Shown here piece after piece: positions 44,098 through 52,691 of a stretch of 64,000 nucleotides of DNA; positions within the stretch are counted from its first letter, which is position 1; each line of letters starts with the position of its first letter. Origin of the DNA: an uncultured delta proteobacterium (GTDB lineage: Bacteria > Desulfobacterota > Desulfomonilia > UBA1062). The translations under genes were made by a program, and so were the position numbers. The stretch covers positions 32,001-96,000 of the forward strand of contig CAWCTR010000017.1 in assembly GCA_963798485.1 (NCBI GenBank), read 5' to 3'. The notes below the pieces were generated by a model. The model did not search any database. It was not told where the DNA came from and worked only from the letters and a program-made list of their open reading frames with translations.

Positions 44098-44724
44098 GTG
44101 CGCCGGGAGACCGGCAAGGAGTAAAGGGTGAAAGTCCCACACAGTAAAGGAATAGCAAACCATACTGGCCCCGAGACATGCGCGGTGTGTCGTGAGGCAC
44201 CACGTGATGCGTTGACAGGGGTGCGCATAGGCCAGCCATCGAGCCGCGAAAGATCTAGAGTCCAGGGTGCCGACGCTGGCGCAGTAGCGGAAGGCAACAC
44301 GGACAGGTGCGATAGTGCGAGTACCTGGACGGCCCTGCGTGGTCTGAGAACCTGGCATGCACGTACGCTCCTTGATCGGGAACCGGGAGATCTCCGCTTG
44401 ACCACAGATTTAAAGTGGCCCGCATTGGGAAGGTGAAGAGCCGAAGCCAATGATGAACGAGCAGGAGAAGTCAGCCCCCTCCATATTAGCTGAGAAGCCG
44501 ACGAACAAACAAGGGCAACCGAGTGCGGAGCCGGTGGAGCGAAGGAAGGGGGGCCAAGGGGAACTCGGGAGAGACCCGCATGCGCCGGGGAAGTGTGCCC
44601 CAGGGACTTGATCGAGTACGGCAGATAACGTTTCTTCGACTTGCCGTCAATCACCCAAGGTGGGAGCCCGGTGCGTGAATTGCGCCCGCCGGGATCAGTG
44701 CGGGGGGAGCATCCCTACCGCGAT
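44098..44724 (+). mobile_element. ORF-less sibling group II intron fused head-to-tail to the first
   Basis: Starts GTGCGCCGGGAGACCGGC immediately after the first intron. 5' ribozyme part is near-identical and most of the ORF is deleted. DV bulge is AC to CC and DVI has a 12-nt deletion. Confidence 0.92.
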
Positions 44725-44972
44725 ATAAATTGGTGCTTTCGAAAAACCCTAAAACAGATGATCTCGAAATAAAATCTATGGAAAAATCAGGCTGGCTCTA
44801 GGTATAACACCTATCACGAAATCTACAATTTGCTTGACATGAATCACTACTCCATTTTATGTAATAAATATAGAGAATAAATATTTTCATGTATTGACTT
44901 CAAAGCTTTGACTCTTATTATTTTGTATTATTTATATTGTTTTATTTGATATCTTTAGTTCACATAGATTTA

Positions 44973-45023
44973 ATGAACTACCCCGCATCAAGCTAAGGGG
45001 AATTAATCCCAAGCGAGATTAAA
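44973..45023 (+). repeat. IS200/IS605-derived miniature palindromic element
   Basis: ATGAACTACCCCGC...AAGCTAAGGGGAATTAATCCCAAGCGAGATTAAA. Related copies at 50038-50129 (minus) and about 22311-22344. Confidence 0.55.
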
Positions 45024-45037
45024 TAGGGGGAAAGGTT

Positions 45038-45412
45038 ATGACGAAGGTCTTAACGTTTCTGGCAGTACTAATATTACCCCTCTTTCTATGTGCAATGACC
45101 CCACTCACAGAATCTGATATGTCCAATGCTAGCACTCCTTTCAGCTTAAACATCATTATTGATAATATGATGGGTATCAATAATGGCTCCAAAACTTGGT
45201 ATGATTCTGGTGTTTTTAGCAAATTTAATCTAAGTTGGAATGTTGACCTCTATCTAGATAAAAGCAATGGCGAGACCATAGAAACTCAAGAAACTAGTAA
45301 AGACATCTCCGACCCACTTTTGTGCTGGGGTCAAGGGTGGTTTGACAATCTTCAGTCCTTTCTACAGGACTTTTTCAATAATCCATTTAATTTGAACAAT
45401 TACTTTCATTGA
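45038..45412 (+). pseudogene. DUF6160-like secreted protein, truncated by IS insertion
   Basis: Signal peptide and AMTPLTESDMSN motif similar to 58995 and 62284. The stop codon lies inside the IS end. Confidence 0.65.
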
Positions 45413-46752
45413 TGTCCGGTTAAGGATTTGCATGTGATTGATCCTTGTTTGACGGTTGATAGTACCAGGCGCCGGTTTGATTTACAATATCCTCGATACT
45501 CATTTCGTTGTGGATATTGATGGATATTTCCCGAAGACGTTTGACGGAAACCTTTTCTCGATGGTGGTCATGGCAGTAGATGGCCAGGAGGATATAGGTG
45601 ATCAGTCCGGCCAGCATCTGGACCATCAATCCGTATTTGCTCCTTGAAATAAGGTGGTAAACCTTCAGATGTCGTTTCCACCAGCCGAAGAAGATCTCGA
45701 TGTTCCACCTGAGCTTATAAGCGGAGGCAATCTGTTCGGCTGTGAGATCGTGGCGATCGGTGGCTATCCAGTAATTGACGTTCGTTACCCGATAGCCGAC
45801 CAGCCGGAGTTCCCTTTCTGTCCGATTGATACCGGGAGTCCCAAGAAGAACTACGGCGTCGTAAAAGATTATACTGTCGAGTTGAACGTCATTCGTTCTT
45901 ACGACAATTTTATCCGTGGAGGCTTTGATCCGGCAGATAAAATGCTTGCCGTCAGCTTGCCAGGTGTCAAAGAGCTTATGGCTCTGGTAGCCTCGATCCA
46001 TGACGCCTGTTTCCCCCGAAGCCAGAATCCTCTCGACAAAAGGCCGTTCCGCCTCTTTGCCGTCGGTGAGGAATATTTTTTTGGGAATGCCGCAATTGAG
46101 ATCGAAACCGATATGAACCTTGGCCTTTTTCGAGCCATTGCGGTAGTCGGCCCAGTACATGGACAACACAGCATCAATCAGGGAACCATCGATAAGGACC
46201 AGATCTCCTAACTCAGCATGTCCCTTGGGTAAATGTTTAGCAGCCTTTGCATAGAGCTTCCCGAACATTTCCATCATCTGCTCCAACCCACGTGAGCTGA
46301 TGTCCTCGAAGAAGCTGCTCTTTTCAATACCGCCCACGGGTGCGATGTGCTGCCGGGCAAAATGTTCTTCCTTCAGAACCTGTAGGAGGTGACGTCCTGA
46401 ATGGTGTTCTTCCAGATGGAAATACACCAAGATGTTCAGCTGATCTTCAAAAGACATTTTCAAGGGTCGGTTGCATCCCGAGAGCAGGGGGGTGATTTCG
46501 GGCAATATGTCGTTGACAGGTGTCATAAGGGTGTCGTGGGTTTTGTGTTTTTCCTTGGGTTTTCCTGGCATCCACGTGTAGGGCATGAGCAATTCCTCCG
46601 TAATAATAGATAGTTACAGAAAAATCGCCTCCCTATGTGCCCGATATGTCAAGAGATATCTGCACACGGATGCATTTTTTTCACCAAAACAAAACGAATA
46701 CGATGAACCAAAATATTAAGGGTTTATGCAAAATCCTAACCGGACATTACTG
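45407..46752 (-). mobile_element. IS4 family element, no target duplication visible
   Basis: Imperfect TIRs CATTGATGTCCGGTTAAGGATTTGCA / TGCAAAATCCTAACCGGACATTACTG. Confidence 0.9.
45420..46586 (-). CDS. IS4 family transposase
   Basis: LIDGSLI, VMDRGY and YKLRWNIEIFFGWWK (YREK motif). Confidence 0.94.
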   Translation of the reverse strand: MPYTWMPGKPKEKHKTHDTLMTPVNDILPEITPLLSGCNRPLKMSFEDQLNILVYFHLEEHHSGRHLLQVLKEEHFARQHIAPVGGIEKSSFFEDISSRGLEQMMEMFGKLYAKAAKHLPKGHAELGDLVLIDGSLIDAVLSMYWADYRNGSKKAKVHIGFDLNCGIPKKIFLTDGKEAERPFVERILASGETGVMDRGYQSHKLFDTWQADGKHFICRIKASTDKIVVRTNDVQLDSIIFYDAVVLLGTPGINRTERELRLVGYRVTNVNYWIATDRHDLTAEQIASAYKLRWNIEIFFGWWKRHLKVYHLISRSKYGLMVQMLAGLITYILLAIYCHDHHREKVSVKRLREISINIHNEMSIEDIVNQTGAWYYQPSNKDQSHANP

Positions 46753-47232
46753 AAAGAAAATAAGATATGATATTCTCATTAATTTATTAATTTTTACTGT
46801 AAGATTATATTTTCATTCTATTTCTTAGATTAATTCGGTTCATATTTTTTAATCTAAATTTAATCTCAAGGTTCTTACTGAGCTTTCTACTTGAGATGTT
46901 AGCACAGGTCTAAGTTATCATTAACAATGAATAAATTAAAATCTTTTGGGGGGAGAGGAAGATACTATTAGATATATGATTACTTAGGTTTAGATGGCTC
47001 TTTTACCTATCGAGGGGTCTAACTTTTAAACTTTTTATGAGATAGGGCTTAAGATTAGGAATAAGGGATAAGTATAAAAGTTAGGAAGATGGTCAGATAC
47101 AGAGAATTGGCTGCTTCTATGTTCAGGATCAATCATGGTTATACAACCCAGATAACGCTCAGTTGGCCTTTCCTGAAACAATAGATTATATTTCGCTATC
47201 TCTAGTAGAGGGTAAGGAGATGGGGCCATTGA

Positions 47233-47907
47233 GTCGAGTAGCCCGGGGGAATCTCACCCCCAGGCCCTCACAGAACCGGACGTGAGACTCTCACCTCATC
47301 CGGCTCCTGCCGTCCAGTCGTCTGTAAAGAACATAACGACTTTACCTTATCCATAAGCTCCTCCCATTGCTGGTTGACTCACGAACAAGGTCGGACAGCT
47401 CAGCCCCTTCGCTCCATCCGCATTACCGGACTTCATCACTACTACGGACTGATCCGCCCCTGCGCTCTGCATCGGTACTCTCGTCTTCATGGGTCCTCCA
47501 CTTCGACTTGTCCCTTAGCATCAGAGCGCCAGGTTCCCACGTTCCGCATGAAAGCCCAAACCAGGCTCGCGCCACCTTTCTGCCGGCCACCATCTGGGCA
47601 GTAAACAGGTTTCCCCCAGACTTTGTCCCGGACCCGATAAAGGAGCCCGGTTTCGATGACGTCTGTATCTTTTCGACAGCTTATCAGTGGTTCACTCACG
47701 TTCGCCTTCCTGGTTCTCACCTGACGAAGTCTTGCCTCGCCTTTTCCTGGACCGCTCACCACCTGGGATCTTATCCCCACGCAGCGCCAGGCGGTTTGGG
47801 ATCTGATCCTGTAACCCGATCCCGAGGGGCCTCCCCTCATCTTCCATGCAGCATGGCTGCTCCAATGTAGCCCTTTCAGGCTACCTCTTCGCGCCTTCGT
47901 GGCGCAC
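47233..47907 (-). mobile_element. ORF-less group II intron with apparently intact ribozyme (resembles class D)
   Basis: Minus-strand 5' GTGCGCC. DV GAGCCGGATGAGGTGAGAGTCTCACGTCCGGTTC and DVI ending TACTCGAC. Residual RBS plus ATGGATAAG. EBS1 TTTATC pairs with exon end GATAAA. Boundaries are supported by the empty homologous site at 57342/57343. Confidence 0.9.
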
Positions 47908-48220
47908 TTTATCGAAGTTATCAATGCTCTGGGGAGAGCGAAGATCATAGTCAGAAACATTCAGTTATCAATAACTGTGTCCTATAGAGTATGTACTTAT
48001 TTTCACTTTTATTCCTGAAAAATTCCTCATATTTTTTATATCATTGTTTGCCCTCATCTAACTATCAAATTTGATTAATATATTGCTCACAACAATTATG
48101 GTATAAAATGTGCATATTTTTTTAGTAGTTTATTCTATTATATGCTAGAATAGGTTTATTAATAAGCATTAATAAGCTAAGTAGCATAATGAAAATGGAT
48201 TTGTATGCAGAGGGTATCGA

Positions 48221-48724
48221 ATGAATAGAAAGAACCTCTTTATTGCAACTATGCTATTGACCGCAATACTTATCCTCCCTCAGACGGGATCAACTAACAA
48301 AGGCCCTTTGAACGATACTGAGTTATGTGATGTCATCGGCCAGGAAGGGTCTATTGTAGAAACAACTATCCCCATTAACATTCATTTTGACAATTTGAGT
48401 GAGTTAAATGGTGTATTGAATTTCCATGATCTAAATTTCCAAGGTTCCATAACCACTAGGGATTCCTCTACGAGCATAACTAATGCCTATGAAATAGCTG
48501 ATCTTATCTTTCCTTACACCGGAATGTTTAGTTTTGGACTGGTACCTCTTGAGTCTATAGGAAAAAACCCTCAGCAATTTGATATGACCATCAAAATCGA
48601 TGACTTTTCAATTGGCGCCATTCAACCAGGAAATGCCGTCAAAGGCCCCGGCTTTGGTAGTGTTCAGATGAGTGGAGGAGTTATAAATTTCAAAGGAACA
48701 CTAATACCGGCTACTTCTCATTAA
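48221..48724 (+). CDS. Short DUF6160-like secreted protein
   Basis: Signal peptide followed by PLNDTELCDVIGQEG (cf. D..LS.VTGQAG). Confidence 0.6.
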   Translation: MNRKNLFIATMLLTAILILPQTGSTNKGPLNDTELCDVIGQEGSIVETTIPINIHFDNLSELNGVLNFHDLNFQGSITTRDSSTSITNAYEIADLIFPYTGMFSFGLVPLESIGKNPQQFDMTIKIDDFSIGAIQPGNAVKGPGFGSVQMSGGVINFKGTLIPATSH

Positions 48725-48766
48725 GAATAATTGATTCCAAGCAACCCAGATAAAGTAGAGGTCATG

Positions 48767-48834
48767 TGCCAAACTGCGGTGTTTGAAATATGATGCTACA
48801 TGTGTAGATTTCGTGCCATCAGCAATGCTTTGGC
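48767..48834. repeat. About 70-bp imperfect palindromic element, copy 1
   Basis: TGCCAAACTGYGGTGTTTGAAAT...ATGTGTAGATTTYGTGCCA shared with 51255-51323. Confidence 0.55.
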
Positions 48835-48850
48835 CAATCCGAATATTTGT

Positions 48851-49317
48851 CATTGATGTCCGGTTAAGGATTTGCATGTGATTGATCCTTGTTTGACGGT
48901 TGATAGTACCAGGCGCCGGTTTGATTTACAATATCCTCGATACTCATTTCGTTGTGGATATTGATGGATATTTCCCGAAGACGTTTGACGGAAACCTTTT
49001 CCCGATGGTGGTCATGGCAGTAGATGGCCAGGAGGATATAGGTGATAAGTCCGGTAAGCGGAGGCAATCTGTTCGGCTGTGAGATCGTGGCGATCGGTGG
49101 CTATCCAGTAATTGACGTTCGCCACCCGATAGCCGACCAAGCGGAGTTCCCTTTCCGTCCAATTGATACCGGGTGTCCCAAGAAGAACTACGGCGTCGTA
49201 AAAGATTATACTGTCGAGTTGAACGTCATTCGTTCTTACGACAATTTTATCCGTGGAGGCTTTGATCCGGCAGATAAAATGCTTGCCGTCAGCTTGCCAG
49301 GTGTCAAAGAGCTTATC
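48851..49317 (-). pseudogene. Partial second copy of the 45407-46752 IS4 element (3' end, internal deletion)
   Basis: Near-identical to about 45407-45979, with a deletion after GGTGATAAGTCCGG. Confidence 0.92.
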
Positions 49318-49713
49318 GAGACAACTCTTCTGGAAAATCTTTTCCTAGGGGAATAGGAAATAATTTCCACTTTCCTTAACCCTGGGCAGTTCATATATTA
49401 TAACTTGATAGAATTATATATGTTATTAATTGGCATGCTCGTTGCATATTAAATGTATAAATATATTAAACATGATGAAAGGATGAATTATGGCAATTCG
49501 AGGAAGAAAACCACTAGATCTGAGAAACAACGGTACGGATACAAAGCTTATAAAAAGGAATTATTATTTAGAAGAGCGACTTACAAAGGCTCTTACCGTT
49601 CTTTCCGCATTGACCGGAAAAGAGCTTTCTCTTCTCGTGAATGAGGCCATCGTTGAACTGGTTCATAAATATCAGCCGAAGACAGGTATCGACTTGCTCA
49701 ACTTGGAAACAAT
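49318..49713 (+). repeat. About 400-bp near-identical duplication (promoter plus RHH gene), partner 57389-57784
   Basis: Direct sequence comparison. Confidence 0.92.
49431..49446 (+). promoter_or_regulatory. Sigma-54 promoter of RHH copy 1
   Basis: TGGCATGCTCGTTGCA (GG-N10-GC). Confidence 0.75.
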
Positions 49714-49729
49714 AAATAAAGAAGAATAA
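49490..49729 (+). CDS. Small ribbon-helix-helix-like protein, copy 1
   Basis: Strand KRNYYL, helix EERLTKALTVLSALTG, helix LSLLVNEAIVELV. AAGGA RBS. Confidence 0.75.
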   Translation: MAIRGRKPLDLRNNGTDTKLIKRNYYLEERLTKALTVLSALTGKELSLLVNEAIVELVHKYQPKTGIDLLNLETINKEE

Positions 49730-49791
49730 AAATTATTAGTTCCTCGCCGCTTGATGCGAGGGGGTTCAATCTTTCTCGACCTTTTTCAAGT

Positions 49792-49998
49792 TTATTTACA
49801 GTGAACACTAGTTTTGTACTTTTGAATAAGAAGGATGATCGCCTCATTCACGAGGAGAGATGGCTCTTTCTCTGTTAAATTAGATAATTCCCCAATAATA
49901 TCATCATAACGTTCTTCAATATAAATGGGCGTTTTAATCAATTTATTGCCCCGATCATAATCTTTCAGATAAATCAGCTTTTCTGCTTTTTCTCTCAT
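49792..49998 (-). CDS. Diverged RHH-like paralog convergent on copy 1
   Basis: KLIKTPIYIEER...LSNLTEKEPSLLVNEAIILLIQKY aligns to copy 1. GGAGG RBS. Confidence 0.7.
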   Translation of the reverse strand: MREKAEKLIYLKDYDRGNKLIKTPIYIEERYDDIIGELSNLTEKEPSLLVNEAIILLIQKYKTSVHCK

Positions 49999-50037
49999 TG
50001 CAACCTCCCTACATAATTTTCTTCTCTTGACCTGACG

Positions 50038-50129
50038 TTTAATCTCTTTCGGGTCAATCTCTCGAAGCTTGCTTCGTATCTCAGATGATGAAGTACTAAT
50101 ACCTCGCAGCTTGCTGCGTGGTAGTTCAT
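50038..50129 (-). repeat. IS200/IS605-derived miniature palindromic element
   Basis: Hairpins CGCAGCAAGCTGCG and CGAAGCAAGCTTCG, ending GAGATTAAA. Confidence 0.6.
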
Positions 50130-51025
50130 GAACCTGATGCTTAATAGAGTATTGTTAGTGTTCTCTGAATCGAGCAGGAACGGGAGAGATTAATTAGGGA
50201 TTTCCTTATATTCTATAAAGATACACCACTTCTAAATAAGGAATTTCGCCCAATGCATCAAAGAAAGGTAATATAATCATATGCAAATATTGTGCTAAGT
50301 ATGGATTAAAATTAAACATAATATAATAACAATAAGTTAATTTGATATTGTTATCAATTGGCACCCAACACACTGATCTTTATTCCATTATAGTGGTAAT
50401 TGTTTTCTATTATTATCCAAATAAATTCCATGTCTATATATTTTGAGAGTTATACACTATGTGCAATTTTTTTTGCCGGTAAGCTCAAAACCCATCAAAT
50501 TTGGACCATCCAAACACAAGCCCAGCCTAGATAAAAAATCTCACATTGTAGGGCATTTTACGAGGCCGTTTTTTATCATTTTTTTTATCATTTGAGTTTT
50601 ACGACAGCCTCTTTGGAGATCATCGGTTTTGAGGCATTCTAAAACCGAGAAGATATCGAAGAGATCTCCACTATCGAATAATAAAAGGAATTCATTTTGT
50701 GTTCGATGCCCACCCATGACATGTAGGGGATACTACTGTGGTCAAGTTCCCTTATAATATTAATGATTTAATAACTAATACTTAAACGATTTCAATATTC
50801 ACTTTGTCCTTAAGTGTATTTAAATATATTATATATTCAATGGTTGATTATTATTTATCATTATTGAGGTTGCTCATAGTATATCTATTTTGAGGTTGCT
50901 TTTAATTTATCAATTATGATATAATAGCAATAAAGATGATCTATGGAGGGATATACATGATTCTGCCGAGATGATTTTCGAGGTAAGAATCACAGATTGA
51001 GATACCTTAGGATTGGGGGTACATT

Positions 51026-51229
51026 ATGAATATTGCATGTCCTTTTCTCAGGAGAACTATCGATACTAAGGACTTCGTTGCCACTGATTGTGTATTAGAG
51101 CAGTGTAAGCTCTGGAATACAAAATATAGAGAATGCTGGATGATAACCAGTGGGAGATCAATTTCAGAAGAAACCACATTGTCACAATTCAAACATAGAC
51201 CTTCTATGAATACTGGCTCGGTTCTGTAA
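51026..51229 (+). CDS. Small Cys-rich hypothetical protein
   Basis: CPF...DCVLEQCKLW.....C pattern. Confidence 0.5.
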   Translation: MNIACPFLRRTIDTKDFVATDCVLEQCKLWNTKYRECWMITSGRSISEETTLSQFKHRPSMNTGSVL

Positions 51230-51254
51230 AGTCAGACAATTAAATTAGAGATCT

Positions 51255-51323
51255 TGCCAAACTGTGGTGTTTGAAATTAGATCCCCTATGTGTAGATTTT
51301 GTGCCAATCGCCACGGTCTGACA
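51255..51323. repeat. About 70-bp imperfect palindromic element, copy 2
   Basis: Arms TGCCAAACTGTGGTG / CGCCACGGTCTGACA. Confidence 0.55.
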
Positions 51324-51438
51324 TAAAGTGTATTCCTGCATAGGTTTCGAACCAAGATCATCAGCACGAATACATCATAAAACCGAAATCAAGTTTATAT
51401 CCGCCTGACCCGGTTTACATATGAATCACATAGTCCTT

Positions 51439-51631
51439 AATCCTTCATCCAGGTCCTATTTATTCAATGGGGAAAAACGCCGAATCGGCGTTTTTTGTAT
51501 AAGTGCAAGAATGCGGGTCATACCTAACATCTCAAATAACCGACCTATATTCGTCCTGAGCAAGAGTTCAATCATGACCTCACCCACAAGGATAGAAGGG
51601 GCAATCAAAACCGCTCCTGCTCGAATAAGGC
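51439..51631. repeat. About 190-bp dispersed repeat with terminator-like hairpin, copy 1
   Basis: Similar to 55634-55825. AAAAACGCCG-AAT-CGGCGTTTTTT. Confidence 0.85.
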
Positions 51632-51660
51632 AATCTTAATCAGTTCCCGCCCTCCACACA

Positions 51661-51791
51661 TAAAAAAATCAGGCCCTATGCAGGCCTGAAAAATGAGGAG
51701 GTTCTATGGGGAATGAATCTTGAAGAACCTACTATTTTCATCGGCGTGAATCGGATTTGCATGAGTATGGTTATGATCAACCGGGTTCTAT
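51661..51791. repeat. About 130-bp structured element, copy 2
   Basis: Homologous to 22100-22228. Confidence 0.7.
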
Positions 51792-51936
51792 AATGAAAAA
51801 GATGACATTGTCTTATTGTTATTCTATAAAGACAATAATGCTCAAACCACAGCAAGAGCAATTCTTCATGAACTCAGCTCATTAATACGGGACTGAGCAT
51901 GATAGTCGGTGGTTTGGTAAATACGAGGAGGGAATC

Positions 51937-52212
51937 ATGACAAAATCGGATCTGGTTGATGTAGTTGCTAATAAGGCAGGACTACCAAAGGCAAAGGTCT
52001 CAGACGCAATCGATGCAATTACAGATGCGATCCAGGGCGCTCTCAAAAAAGGCGATAAGGTTACCCTGGTTGGTTTCGGGACCTTTGAAGTCGCTAAAAG
52101 GGCTGCCCGTACAGGTGTGAATCCTCGCACAAGAGAGAAAATAAAGATCAAAGCAAACAAAGTACCTCGGTTCAAAGCAGGAAAAGCATTGAAGGATGCT
52201 GTAAAGAAATAG
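51937..52212 (+). CDS. hup: DNA-binding protein HU
   Basis: MTKSDLVD, VTLVGFGTF, RTGVNPRT and VPRFKAGKALKDAV. Confidence 0.96.
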   Translation: MTKSDLVDVVANKAGLPKAKVSDAIDAITDAIQGALKKGDKVTLVGFGTFEVAKRAARTGVNPRTREKIKIKANKVPRFKAGKALKDAVKK

Positions 52213-52477
52213 TCATATATAAGTTCTGCCCCCCTTGCCACATCTGGCCTTCCTCCCAGGTATGTCAGGTGTGGCGATTTTATCTCTTTGGTTCATCCCA
52301 CAAGTCATTTCCAAAATAACGCACCGCTGTTCGTTTTTTTAGTCATCATTCCACCTATCATTCAAGCTGAGAAACAGATAAAGAATAGTATAGTGATGGA
52401 TATCGATCCTGAGATGATCGGTCTCCACACAGATTAACTGACCATTCAGGCATGGGTAATGTCGATTGGTGGATATT

Positions 52478-52630
52478 ATGTCAACAAAAGAAGGTGTAGC
52501 TAACCATAAAATCCAGATGGAATGCTTTTGGTGTATGTATAAGTGGACTCATGTATATATCAAGAAAACGCCGCCACGGAGAATTAAATGTCCCAAGTGT
52601 GGCAATATTATTAAGGTAATTAAACGCTAA
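52478..52630 (+). CDS. 50-aa zinc-ribbon protein (below ORF-track cutoff)
   Basis: MSTKEGVANHKIQMECFWCMYKW...IKCPKCGNIIKVIKR, with two CxxC pairs. Confidence 0.6.
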   Translation: MSTKEGVANHKIQMECFWCMYKWTHVYIKKTPPRRIKCPKCGNIIKVIKR

Positions 52631-52691
52631 CTAAAAAATTATTAGGAAAATATATTAATATCTTCCATGATCAATAATCGAGGGAACCAAA

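Noticed and set aside
47367-47960. ORFs 47367..47870 (+) and 47487..47960 (-)
   Set aside because: Spurious frames across intron ribozyme sequence.
49490-49998. Type II toxin-antitoxin pair
   Set aside because: Both ORFs are RHH-like paralogs in convergent orientation, and no toxin fold is recognisable.
51522-51631. Integron attC sites (RYYTAAC in the 190-bp repeats)
   Set aside because: No matching GTTRRRY end with proper complementarity, and no integrase or cassette array.
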